Below, in pieces: positions 18,391-26,212 of a stretch of 40,150 nt of DNA. The notes under the pieces are model-generated. The model saw only the letters and a program-made list of their open reading frames with translations, did no database searches and had not been told where the DNA came from. This DNA comes from Patescibacteria group bacterium (GTDB lineage Bacteria; Patescibacteriota; Minisyncoccia; Phycocordibacterales; EsbW-18), in assembly GCA_030917725.1 (NCBI GenBank), contig JAUPUE010000034.1:1-40150 (forward strand), read 5' to 3'. Made by a program: the position numbers and the translations under genes. Each line of letters opens with the position of its first letter. Positions within the stretch are counted from its first letter, which is position 1.

Positions 18391-19485
18391 CTAGGCTTTC
18401 TTTTGGGCGTAGATAAAGGCGTTCTTCTCGCTGTAACTAGGGATGAGGACGTCCTTTCTCTTGAAATTGCCGAACTCTTCTCGCATGACCTCCTCCATTA
18501 TTTTTGCTGAATTGAGGTATTTAGGTGTGACTTTTGCTGCTCCTGCCTGTGCACTGAACCAACCACCACGCTTGAGAACGCGGTTTGAGAATGAGAACAC
18601 CTTTTTGTAGAAATCTGCGACGCCCTTTGCGGCTTTCTTGCTTCCGATGGGGTTATCGGTTAGATCGCTCGCGACACAGTCGAAGAGTCCGTTTTTTTCG
18701 GTGTCGTATGTCTTAACATAGTGAAGCGCGTCACCGATGATGAGATGAACGTTCGGATGGGAGAAGATTTTCTGATTGAGATGTTTTTTTGAGAAATGCA
18801 CGACTTCTTGGTCGAGATCAACGACGGTGATTTTGATATTTGGATTTATCTTGAGTGCCGTTTCAGCAACATATCCATCACCACCACCCAAAATGAGTAG
18901 GTTTTTTGTCTCGGGCGTGATCTTGTCGAGAATCGCCTTGTCGTATGTTTCATGGTCGAGTTCTGAGGTTTGAACAAGTCCGTCGATGACCATACACCGT
19001 CCGTACTTTTCGGTATTGATGATGACAATCTTTTGGAATCCCGAGTCTACTTCGGCGAACTTCTCGGTCACCTTGATTCGTTCTATCTTTCCGTTCGCGT
19101 AAATAGGGGATTCGAGATACTCCATGACCACATATCCACGTCGTATCTTGTGGAGCTCGGTTCGTTTGTGGCGAACGGCTTTTTTGAGGTACTCAACCGC
19201 TTTGAATGTTTCTTCATCGTGACTACAGCTGAAGATGTCGCACGCCACATAGTTATATTCGGGCCATGTATGGAACGATATGTGAGAAGAGGACAGAAGG
19301 AGGAACCCAGTAATTCCTTGCGGATTGAACTGGTGAAAATAGCTATGGAGAATTTCCATGTCAGCAGCGGCAGCGGCCTGCGGAAGAGATTTCTGCCAGA
19401 AATCCAAAGAATCAAGCTGGTGTGGATCGCATCCGAAGAAGTCGACCGTATAATGCACACCCTTTGGTTTCAATTGTTTTTTCAT
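18391..19485 (-). CDS. fused S-adenosylmethionine decarboxylase (SpeH-type) / spermidine synthase-like aminopropyltransferase
   Basis: N-terminus VDFFGC...LLLSSSHISFHTWPE...CDIFSC (AdoMetDC). C-terminus LILGGGDGY, VVDLD, DLTDNPIG (SpdSyn). Alternative upstream ATG at 19542 overlaps the next gene. Confidence 0.8.
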   Translation of the reverse strand: MKKQLKPKGVHYTVDFFGCDPHQLDSLDFWQKSLPQAAAAADMEILHSYFHQFNPQGITGFLLLSSSHISFHTWPEYNYVACDIFSCSHDEETFKAVEYLKKAVRHKRTELHKIRRGYVVMEYLESPIYANGKIERIKVTEKFAEVDSGFQKIVIINTEKYGRCMVIDGLVQTSELDHETYDKAILDKITPETKNLLILGGGDGYVAETALKINPNIKITVVDLDQEVVHFSKKHLNQKIFSHPNVHLIIGDALHYVKTYDTEKNGLFDCVASDLTDNPIGSKKAAKGVADFYKKVFSFSNRVLKRGGWFSAQAGAAKVTPKYLNSAKIMEEVMREEFGNFKRKDVLIPSYSEKNAFIYAQKKA

Positions 19486-19492
19486 ACGGTTT

Positions 19493-19942
19493 CTATTGCT
19501 CGATTTCGGAAGAGGTTGCTGATTCCTCCGATTCTTGTGCATCGGGACTCTCCTCGGGTTCGATGGGGTTTATGATTGCCTCTGCACATATTTCATCCTC
19601 ATCGATGGTTTCCGAAGAACAATATGTAATTGCACAGCCGACCTCACTTTCATCACACGAAAGTCCAGGGCATTCTTCCGAAGGTCCACATTCCTCAATA
19701 TTCTTTGCCGACTTTAATACCTTCTTGTACGGAGTGATGTCGCACTCAGGGTCGTCTTCGGGCGAACAGTCAGCGACAAAGCATGATTCGCTTTGTGGAT
19801 CGCAGGTGACATGGGCGAGGATGTCGAAATTCCTGTCGATGACGAACGCTTTGTACTTGTAGGCTCCGACGGCAAGAATTGCCAAAACGACAAAGAGGAA
19901 GAGATAACGGGAGGCCTTATCCATATCACGGTAAGTATACAT
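19493..19942 (-). CDS. membrane-anchored or secreted Cys-rich, very acidic hypothetical protein
   Basis: N-terminal TM helix RYLFLFVVLAILAVGAY, then 12 Cys in an acidic ~90-aa region and an E/S-rich tail. Confidence 0.55.
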   Translation of the reverse strand: MYTYRDMDKASRYLFLFVVLAILAVGAYKYKAFVIDRNFDILAHVTCDPQSESCFVADCSPEDDPECDITPYKKVLKSAKNIEECGPSEECPGLSCDESEVGCAITYCSSETIDEDEICAEAIINPIEPEESPDAQESEESATSSEIEQ

Positions 19943-20004
19943 TCAAGCATCAAAATGAAAATACCTTTGGGGGTATCGTCATAAGGCCTCTTTTTGGGTT
20001 TTGC

Positions 20005-20044
20005 AATATAAAAAGAGAGAGGGGCAGTCTGGCGACTGCCCCTC
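20005..20044 (-). terminator. rho-independent terminator of the TonB_C-like gene
   Basis: gaggggcagtc-tggc-gactgcccctc; on the minus strand it is followed by tctcttttt. Confidence 0.75.
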
Positions 20045-20064
20045 GGGGGTGGGTGGTTCTTCGG

Positions 20065-20439
20065 TCAAGGGATGACCGGAACCTTGATCTTTCCGCGGGT
20101 TTGAACGAATGAAAACGTGCCATCCGGCCAGGTCATCATGGCGGGTTTGTACCGCCACTCCTGAATCGCCTTTTCCGCGGCCTGGATGAGGGCTGGGGCG
20201 AGCCCGCGCTTGACGGGCCCATACGAGATTACGCGCCCATTGTCCTTGATGAGGACCCGGAGCCAGATCTCCTTCTGGGGGGAGACTCCCTCGGGGAGCT
20301 TCACGGGGACGCTGACGGTCAGCTCGGGCGAAGCGAGTCCCGGGGTCGGGATGTTGAAGGTCCGGCGTCCCTTTCCTGCCTCGGCCGTGATGGGTAGGAG
20401 GAGGGAGAGGGCAATGAGGACGAGAACTGATTTCTTCAT
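20065..20439 (-). CDS. small secreted TonB C-terminal-domain-like protein (GC-rich cassette A)
   Basis: Signal peptide MKKSVLVLIALSLLLPITAEA. IWLRVLIKDNGRVISYGPVKRGLAPALIQAAEKAIQEWRYKPA resembles TonB_C. SD AAGGAGG lies 6 nt before the ATG. Confidence 0.6.
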   Translation of the reverse strand: MKKSVLVLIALSLLLPITAEAGKGRRTFNIPTPGLASPELTVSVPVKLPEGVSPQKEIWLRVLIKDNGRVISYGPVKRGLAPALIQAAEKAIQEWRYKPAMMTWPDGTFSFVQTRGKIKVPVIP

Positions 20440-20493
20440 GGCAAGCCTCCTTGCAACTGAATGTGTTGGTGTCCTCCATGAACACCTATCAGT

Positions 20494-20523
20494 ATTATGA
20501 CATTGCGTATACCACTCTGTCAA
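20494..20523 (-). promoter_or_regulatory. sigma70-like promoter TTGACA-N18-CATAAT for cassette A
   Basis: Minus strand reads ttgacagagtggtatacgcaatgtcataat, about 55 nt upstream of the ATG. Confidence 0.45.
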
Positions 20524-20639
20524 TAGGATTGGTTTAGTAAACATATCGCCCCATCGACTTACCCACAGCAAAAACTTGCCAAGGTGTGAGAGGTGCTTGG
20601 TATACTCATGACTCCGTTCTTTTAAAAAATCAAAAATTC

Positions 20640-21074
20640 ATGCGTTTTATAAATAAAAAAGTTAATGTCTTGCTCGTTGACGACGATAGTTTCCTCGTAA
20701 TGCTCTACAAGAAAAACGCAGAGAGCTATCTCGTGGATCTCAACACTGCACTCAGTGGGGAAGAGGCACTTGAGCTTATTCGTACAGGACTCGAGCCGCA
20801 TGCCATTCTTTTGGATATCAATATGCCCGGCATGAGTGGAGTGGATGTACTCCGGACGATACGGGGCGAGAGGCTTGTGCCCTCGACGGATATCATTATC
20901 GTTTCGAATGCCTTTGAGGAGGAATATGCGCATGACTTCAAAGAGTTTGGTATAGAGGATTTCATCCCAAAAACACATCTTTCCCCCTCACGAATTCTTG
21001 ATCGGGTGGTGAGCCGTTATGTGACACCGTCGCATGTGGGGGAGAGTTTTATGAACTCCACAAGGGTTTTCTAG
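20640..21074 (+). CDS. stand-alone CheY-like response regulator receiver (1 of 3)
   Basis: VLLVDDDSF, LLDINMPGMSG (phospho-Asp), IIIVSN, FIPK. No output domain. Confidence 0.85.
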   Translation: MRFINKKVNVLLVDDDSFLVMLYKKNAESYLVDLNTALSGEEALELIRTGLEPHAILLDINMPGMSGVDVLRTIRGERLVPSTDIIIVSNAFEEEYAHDFKEFGIEDFIPKTHLSPSRILDRVVSRYVTPSHVGESFMNSTRVF

Positions 21075-21147
21075 AGGATTTCTCGTGCTATCCTTAAAGC
21101 CTAGATATAGGCTCCTTGGTTTTTCCTCATTATCTAAGCTTACTCAT

Positions 21148-21567
21148 ATGGACACACAAGCACCTGCACAGAAAAAGAAAGTCCTCCTCATCGATGACGA
21201 CCAATTTCTCGTCTCGCTTTATAAGAAGAACGCTGAGCAATATCCGATTGAACTCACGACAGCGATCTCTGGCGAAGAAGCACTCGAAATTCTTCGTGGT
21301 GGATATGTTCCCGACAATATCTTGCTCGATATCAACATGCCCGGCATGAGCGGTGTTGAGGTGCTCAAAGCCGTTCGCGATGAGAAACTCGCACCAAATG
21401 CAGACATGACGATTCTTTCGAACATTCACCAGGCGGAGCACGAAGAAGAATTCCGTAAGCTTGGCATCCAGCGCTTCGTTCCTAAATCATTCCTCCTTCC
21501 GTCACAGGTGCTCGGGTATGTGGTCAACGGCTTTGGTGCAGATTGGTCCGAATCAAATCCTGTCTAA
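21148..21567 (+). CDS. stand-alone CheY-like response regulator receiver (2 of 3)
   Basis: VLLIDDDQF, LLDINMPGMSG, TILSN, FVPK. Clear paralog of the 20640 gene. Confidence 0.85.
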   Translation: MDTQAPAQKKKVLLIDDDQFLVSLYKKNAEQYPIELTTAISGEEALEILRGGYVPDNILLDINMPGMSGVEVLKAVRDEKLAPNADMTILSNIHQAEHEEEFRKLGIQRFVPKSFLLPSQVLGYVVNGFGADWSESNPV

Positions 21568-21584
21568 CGCATCTGCTTACGAAT

Positions 21585-21974
21585 ATGGAAAACGAATCAC
21601 TAAAAACCAAGGCTCTTATCGTGGATGACGACACATTTCTCGTGTCGCTCTATAAGAAGATGGGGGAGGAGACCGGCATGGACCTCCGCACCGCATCGAG
21701 CGGCGAAGAAGCACTCGCGCTTCTCATCGATTTCGTCCCAGACATCATTGCACTCGATATGAGCATGGCGGGTCTCAGTGGGCTCGATACGCTCAAAGAA
21801 ATCCGCGCTAAGAACCTCGCACCAAATGCGAAGGTCATCATCCTTTCGAATACCAACGAAGACGATGCCGTTGTCGAAGCCAAGGGACTCGGTGTTGAAC
21901 ACTTCATTGTCAAAGCGTCACTTCTTCCATCGCAGGTGATGGAGGAGCTTACGAAGATTGCCCGCCTTCGCTAA
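21585..21974 (+). CDS. stand-alone CheY-like response regulator receiver (3 of 3)
   Basis: ALIVDDDTF, ALDMSMAGLSG, IILSN, FIVK. Paralog of the two upstream genes. Confidence 0.85.
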   Translation: MENESLKTKALIVDDDTFLVSLYKKMGEETGMDLRTASSGEEALALLIDFVPDIIALDMSMAGLSGLDTLKEIRAKNLAPNAKVIILSNTNEDDAVVEAKGLGVEHFIVKASLLPSQVMEELTKIARLR

Positions 21975-21987
21975 AGCTTCGGTGGGC
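21960..21987 (-). repeat. dispersed stem-loop repeat, copy 1 (core CCGAAGCTTTAGCGAAGG)
   Basis: gcccgcc-ttcgctaaagcttc-ggtgggc. Abuts the GIY-YIG stop codon. Confidence 0.7.
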
Positions 21988-21994
21988 AGGCCCG

Positions 21995-22252
21995 CTATTT
22001 TAGCGGTATCACCGGAACCAGCCTTTTACGAGCAAAGGCAATGCCGGAGCCAGTTTTAAGATATTTTTCAAATCGAATTGCGATTTGTTCGTCGGTGAAA
22101 GCGGAATACCAAACAAGGTGGTAGGGGATCCTCCCTTTTGTTGGAGGACTCATCCCTTCGTTGTGTTCATATAATCTTCTACGAAGATTGATGGTTGTTC
22201 CGGTGTAGTGTGATCCATCTCGTAAACTTTTTATGATGTAGACATAATGCAT
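21995..22252 (-). CDS. GIY-YIG nuclease family protein (small, URI-domain only)
   Basis: MHYVYIIKSLRDGSHYTGTTINLRRRLYEHN... shows the GIY/YIG and R..L..H motifs. TATGAT lies 6 nt upstream of the ATG. Confidence 0.8.
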   Translation of the reverse strand: MHYVYIIKSLRDGSHYTGTTINLRRRLYEHNEGMSPPTKGRIPYHLVWYSAFTDEQIAIRFEKYLKTGSGIAFARKRLVPVIPLK

Positions 22253-22290
22253 CGGTAGATCATACTTTTGTTAAAATGAAGTAAGGATAA

Positions 22291-22321
22291 ACAAAACACA
22301 CCCTTGAGAGGTGTGTTTTGT
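22291..22321. terminator. bidirectional terminator downstream of ssrA
   Basis: acaaaacacacc-cttgaga-ggtgtgttttgt. Confidence 0.75.
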
Positions 22322-22356
22322 GCTTTGCTTTGAAGCGCTGACTTTTGTGAAGCCTG

Positions 22357-22382
22357 CACTACGAAGCTTTAGCGTAGTAGTG
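22357..22382 (+). repeat. dispersed stem-loop repeat, copy 2
   Basis: cactac-gaagctttagcgta-gtagtg. Same 14-nt loop with a different stem sequence. Touches the ssrA 3' end. Confidence 0.6.
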
Positions 22383-22757
22383 GAGATGGCGGGTTTGACC
22401 CCACGTCCGTTGTGTTGTTCTTGACGCATCTACATGACGTAGCAAGTCTTGAATTCTCGTGTCATATCTCGAAGACAGGCGAAACGATATGACATAGAGC
22501 TTTGAATCTTAAGCTGATGATCAAAGCGGCCTCATCAGCAGCGGTTCGAAGGTTTTACGCCTCACGCACTCTATCGAACAGTCGAATGTGGAGACGTCCG
22601 TTACGCGTTAGCGTAAGCGAATGTGAAATCCTTAGCAGTGAAGTAAGGACTTACAGATCCTGATTTTGCAGGTAGGTTTGCGCCATTGGTAAGGAAGGTA
22701 GCGCGCTCCCGCCACGCACGAAAAGAAGCGAACACAGCGTCGAAACAAGACATCCCC
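22381..22757 (-). ncRNA. ssrA: tmRNA (SsrA), 377 nt, CCA not encoded
   Basis: 5' GGGGATGTCTTGTTTCGACG pairs with 3' ...GGACGTGGGGTCAAACCCGCCATCTCCA, including a G3:U70 pair. Internal tag frame ends ...AKDFTFAYANA-TAA (stop at 22601-22603). Directly downstream of smpB. Confidence 0.85.
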
Positions 22758-22917
22758 CGTTGGGGAAGAAAGATCCAATGGACAAATCCCATGGGCCGAA
22801 CAAATCTCAAACTCTAAAGTCAGATCTGCTGTTGTTGAGTGTTCGGCACACGATTTCTGATACGTGATAGTTCCACCCCTGCGGTAAACGTCTTGCTGTT
22901 TGTATGTGTCGGTTTGG

Positions 22918-23361
22918 TTACCGATTTTTCAATGTACGCCCGGTATCGCGACGAACGGCCTCCTTTTTGAGAGCTTCGCGCTTGTCGTAGTTCTTCTTTC
23001 CTTTCACGAGGGCAAGGGAGACCTTGATATACCGTCCTTTATTATAGACCGAAAGTGGTACTATTGTCAACCCCTTCTCTTTTTTCTCCATGGCGAGCGT
23101 TGTCAGCTCTTTCTTTGAAATGAGGAGGGGGCGAGGTCGTTTGGGGTCATATGACTCCGAGATGTTCTTGGGTTGGTAGGGCTCGATGTGCATATTCATC
23201 AATTGAGCCGAGGTTCCAGAGAATTCGACATAGGCGCCATCAAGGGAGGCGCGGTGGGCCCGTATGGACTTCACCTCACTGCCTTCCAAAGCGATACCAG
23301 CCTCGATGGTCTCAAGGATGCTGTAATCGCGGCGCACTTTTCTGTTCTCAATCCGTTCCAT
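22918..23361 (-). CDS. smpB: SsrA-binding protein SmpB
   Basis: ENRKVRRDYSILETIEAGIALEGSEVKSIR...LLISKKEL...KGKKNYDKRE. Start MERIENRK at 23361 is preceded by TATCAT plus 6 nt. Confidence 0.9.
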   Translation of the reverse strand: MERIENRKVRRDYSILETIEAGIALEGSEVKSIRAHRASLDGAYVEFSGTSAQLMNMHIEPYQPKNISESYDPKRPRPLLISKKELTTLAMEKKEKGLTIVPLSVYNKGRYIKVSLALVKGKKNYDKREALKKEAVRRDTGRTLKNR

Positions 23362-23397
23362 GGGGACATGATACCTGAGAAAATGTATAATCCCCGC

Positions 23398-25299
23398 ATG
23401 TCCCAACGCGCCACCAAGCAACCAAAACAGCCTCGCAAGGAGCCACAGCCAAAGTTCCCCAAGAGCTTTATTACGCAGATTCTCATCACGGTAATCATTT
23501 TCTTTGTCATTTCATCGGCGTACACGCTTTTCACTGATCAAAAAGACGCCAACGAGATTCCGTTCTCTCAGGTTGCTCAAGATATTTTGACCGGCTCGAT
23601 CACGTCGATCGTTGTCGAAGGTGACACACTCACGATTATCCGCGCGGATGGTTCGGAGCAGACATCACGCAAAGAAACGGGTGTCGGTCTGTCGGAATCA
23701 TTTGCTGCATACGGCGTGACACCTGCCGAACTCGCATCAACAACCATCTCCGTGCAGAGTGCATCGGGCTTTTGGTTTTGGGTAATCAATCTCGCACCAA
23801 TCCTCATCCCGCTTCTCCTCATCGGATTCTTTATCTATATGATTACGCGCTCTGCAAAGGGAACAGGAATGCAGGCGTTCTCATTTGGTCAGGCGCGCGC
23901 CAAGTTCTTTGATCCCAAAGACAACAAGAAGGTCCTCTTCAAAGATGTGGCTGGTGTAAAAGAAGCAAAACAAGAACTCTTGGAGATTGTTGACTTCCTC
24001 AAGAACCCCAAGAAGTTCCTCGCAATCGGCGCGCAGATTCCAAAGGGAGTTCTCCTCATGGGAAGCCCTGGTACTGGTAAGACATTGCTTGCTCGTGCAG
24101 TGGCAGGGGAGGCAGGCGTTCCGTTCTTCTCGATTTCTGGTTCGGAGTTCGTTGAGATGTTCGTCGGTGTCGGTGCATCCCGCGTGCGCGACTTGTTCCA
24201 AACGGTGAAAAAAGCAGCCCCTGCGATTATCTTTATTGATGAGATTGATGCTGTTGGTCGCGTTCGCGGTACGGGTGTTGGTGGTGGCAACGACGAGCGT
24301 GAGCAGACACTTAACCAGATCCTTGTTGAGATGGATGGATTCGAGCCGACCGAAGAGGTGATTGTCATGGCAGCAACGAACCGTCCTGACGTGCTCGACC
24401 CAGCGCTCCTTCGTCCGGGTCGTTTTGACCGCCGTGTTCGTCTTGACCTTCCTGACCGCGCCGACCGCGAGGCAATCCTTGCGATCCATGCACGCACCAA
24501 GCCGCTCGCCGAAGACGTCGTTCTCAAAACAGTTGCTGAGCGCACGCCAGGGTTCTCGGGTGCCGATCTCCAATCGCTCATGAATGAAGCGGCGATTCTC
24601 GCGGCACGTGAGGACCGCATGAAGGTCGCACAGTTTGATCTTATCCGTTCGATCGAAAAGGTCATGATGGGACCGGAGCGTCGCAGCCACATCCTTTCTG
24701 ATAAAGAAAAGAAGATCACCGCATACCACGAAGCCGGCCACGCCCTCGTTGCGTCGGTGCTCACCGAATCTGACCCAATCCACAAAGTATCAATCATCGC
24801 GCGTGGGCACATGGGCGGTTACACGCTTTCGCTTCCGCTCGAAGAGAATCGTTTGTTCACGCGCAAAGCGTTTCTCGATCGTCTCGCGATGACGCTCGGT
24901 GGATACGCAGCAGAAGAGATGGTCTTTGGTGATATTACAACCGGCCCGTCGAACGATCTTCAGGTCGCATCATCGCTCGCACGTGACATGGTCACTCGCT
25001 ACGGTATGTCGCTCGAAGTCGGACCTGTCGCACTTGTTGAAGACGTGCAGCACCAAGGTGGCATGTCAGAAGTGCGTGACTACTCGGAGAAAATTGCTGC
25101 AAAAGTCGACGATGAAGTCGGCAAGCTCCTCAGCGTTGCGCGTGAACGAGCTGCAAAGGTTCTCACTGACCACAAGCATGTTCTCGACGCGATCGTGAAC
25201 GTTCTCATCGAAAAAGAGACCATCGAACAAGACGATTTTGAGGCTATCCTTCGCGCCCACGGCATTGCTGTGAAGGGGAAGGAGAAGGGGGTATCATAG
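23398..25299 (+). CDS. ftsH: ATP-dependent zinc metalloprotease FtsH
   Basis: Walker [12 protein letters not shown], Walker [13 protein letters not shown], Zn site HEAGHAL. Start chosen at 23398 because TGtTATAAT ends 6 nt upstream. In-frame ATGs at 23368 and 23383 are alternatives. Confidence 0.9.
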   Translation: MSQRATKQPKQPRKEPQPKFPKSFITQILITVIIFFVISSAYTLFTDQKDANEIPFSQVAQDILTGSITSIVVEGDTLTIIRADGSEQTSRKETGVGLSESFAAYGVTPAELASTTISVQSASGFWFWVINLAPILIPLLLIGFFIYMITRSAKGTGMQAFSFGQARAKFFDPKDNKKVLFKDVAGVKEAKQELLEIVDFLKNPKKFLAIGAQIPKGVLLMGSPGTGKTLLARAVAGEAGVPFFSISGSEFVEMFVGVGASRVRDLFQTVKKAAPAIIFIDEIDAVGRVRGTGVGGGNDEREQTLNQILVEMDGFEPTEEVIVMAATNRPDVLDPALLRPGRFDRRVRLDLPDRADREAILAIHARTKPLAEDVVLKTVAERTPGFSGADLQSLMNEAAILAAREDRMKVAQFDLIRSIEKVMMGPERRSHILSDKEKKITAYHEAGHALVASVLTESDPIHKVSIIARGHMGGYTLSLPLEENRLFTRKAFLDRLAMTLGGYAAEEMVFGDITTGPSNDLQVASSLARDMVTRYGMSLEVGPVALVEDVQHQGGMSEVRDYSEKIAAKVDDEVGKLLSVARERAAKVLTDHKHVLDAIVNVLIEKETIEQDDFEAILRAHGIAVKGKEKGVS

Positions 25300-25327
25300 G
25301 GCTGCTTACAACCAATAACTTATATCT

Positions 25328-25753
25328 ATGAAATTCGAATTAGGAAACTTTTTTGGCGGCAATAAGGATACTGGTCGTACTCAAGAGGAAGCAAAAGGAC
25401 GTTCAGCAAAAGGCGCGGTCGATATCGCAGAATCGATAGGGGAACAAAATAAAGTGGTAATGGAAAATGCGATCGAAGTTGAAACCGAGGAGGAGCGGGA
25501 GGCTCGCCCAGAACGCCAGGAACGTATTCAAAACGGACTCGAAATGCTGTGGAATCGTTACCACATGCAGCGTGGTGAAATGAAGGGCAAGACTGACATG
25601 ATGACGGGTCTTCTTGTTAAGGCAGGTGTTTTAACACAGCACGAAGCTAAGCTGGACAGCAGTCGTTCCATGGTCGAAGAACTTTCAAGTGCCCTCGATG
25701 ATTCACGATCCCAAGTCGAAGCTAGCGATAAGAACGCTGCTCAGATTAACTAG
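25328..25753 (+). CDS. hypothetical charged protein with MKFE N-terminus
   Basis: 141-aa ORF. First codons ATG AAA TTC GAA resemble the genes at 5417, 5923 and 39933. Confidence 0.5.
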   Translation: MKFELGNFFGGNKDTGRTQEEAKGRSAKGAVDIAESIGEQNKVVMENAIEVETEEEREARPERQERIQNGLEMLWNRYHMQRGEMKGKTDMMTGLLVKAGVLTQHEAKLDSSRSMVEELSSALDDSRSQVEASDKNAAQIN

Positions 25754-25755
25754 AT

Positions 25756-25784
25756 TTGACGAATCTAACGTAATAGTGTACAAT
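25756..25784 (+). promoter_or_regulatory. sigma70-like promoter TTGACG-N17-TACAAT (cassette B)
   Basis: ttgacgaatctaacgtaatagtgtacaat, followed by AAGGAGG at 25796-25802. Confidence 0.6.
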
Positions 25785-25807
25785 CCTTTCCAGAAAAGGA
25801 GGTGCCA

Positions 25808-26071
25808 GTGGACCCCACTGTCCTAGTATTTGTTCGACCGTCACCGCCTCAGCTCTCCGAGCGAGCAGCAAGAACCAAAGAGCTCCTTGATAGGGCGGGG
25901 CTCGATCTTCTTACTGTCGACGTAAACAGGCTTTGCCTTTCTCTGGCGGAACTCGGTAGCGAGTTCCCGTGGGAGAAGGAGACAAGACTGCTCGACGACA
26001 TCAAGGAAATCAGAGAGTACCAAAGACGTCTTCGTGTGTACGAAGACGTGCGCCGACGCCGACGTTCTTAA
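25808..26071 (+). CDS. small hypothetical protein, GC-rich cassette B (87 aa, GTG start)
   Basis: AAGGAGG-tgcca-GTG. Arg-rich C-terminus RRRRRS. The ORF-track start at 25802 overlaps the SD, so 25808 is preferred. Confidence 0.5.
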   Translation: MDPTVLVFVRPSPPQLSERAARTKELLDRAGLDLLTVDVNRLCLSLAELGSEFPWEKETRLLDDIKEIREYQRRLRVYEDVRRRRRS

Positions 26072-26072
26072 C

Positions 26073-26100
26073 CGGCCCCCGTTTTTTTGGGGGCCGTTTT
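26073..26100 (+). terminator. rho-independent terminator of cassette B
   Basis: cggccccc-gttttttt-gggggccg-tttt. Confidence 0.75.
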
Positions 26101-26105
26101 AGTTT

Positions 26106-26130
26106 CTCCGCCGAAGCCTTGGCGAAGGAG
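26106..26130 (+). repeat. dispersed stem-loop repeat, copy 3 (variant core CCGAAGCCTTGGCGAAGG)
   Basis: ctcc-gccgaagccttggcgaa-ggag. Inverted relative to copy 4, 57 nt away. Confidence 0.65.
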
Positions 26131-26180
26131 GACGTTCCTGACTATTATTTATTTTCTATCCTGTCGAATGCGAGGAGCTT

Positions 26181-26207
26181 CCCGCCTTCGCCAAGGCTTC
26201 GGCGAGG
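26181..26207 (-). repeat. dispersed stem-loop repeat, copy 4
   Basis: cccgcc-ttcgccaaggcttc-ggcgagg. Lies between two 14-bp direct repeats ctgtcgaatgcgag (26161-26174 and 26226-26239). Confidence 0.65.
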
Positions 26208-26212
26208 TTCTC

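Noticed and set aside
19979-20485. 168-aa minus-strand ORF overlapping the TonB_C-like gene in another frame
   Set aside because: It is Pro/Arg/Gly-rich low-complexity translation. The competing frame has an SD, a signal peptide and a recognisable domain.
20586-20639. Upstream extension of the first receiver gene (ORF-track start 20586), and similar N-terminal extensions at 21085, 21543, 8159, 9581, 13283, 15078, 20571, 23173, 23421, 27490 and 32934
   Set aside because: The extensions lack similarity to the protein families, overlap neighbouring genes or promoters, and internal ATGs give canonical N-termini.
22601-22810. 69-aa ORF between GIY-YIG and smpB
   Set aside because: It is the tmRNA. 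Only its last ~22-26 codons (the tag frame ending AYANA) are meaningful.
23881-24812. 300- and 307-aa ORFs antisense to ftsH
   Set aside because: They lie entirely inside the unambiguous FtsH coding region and have compositionally biased (Arg/Ser-rich) translations.
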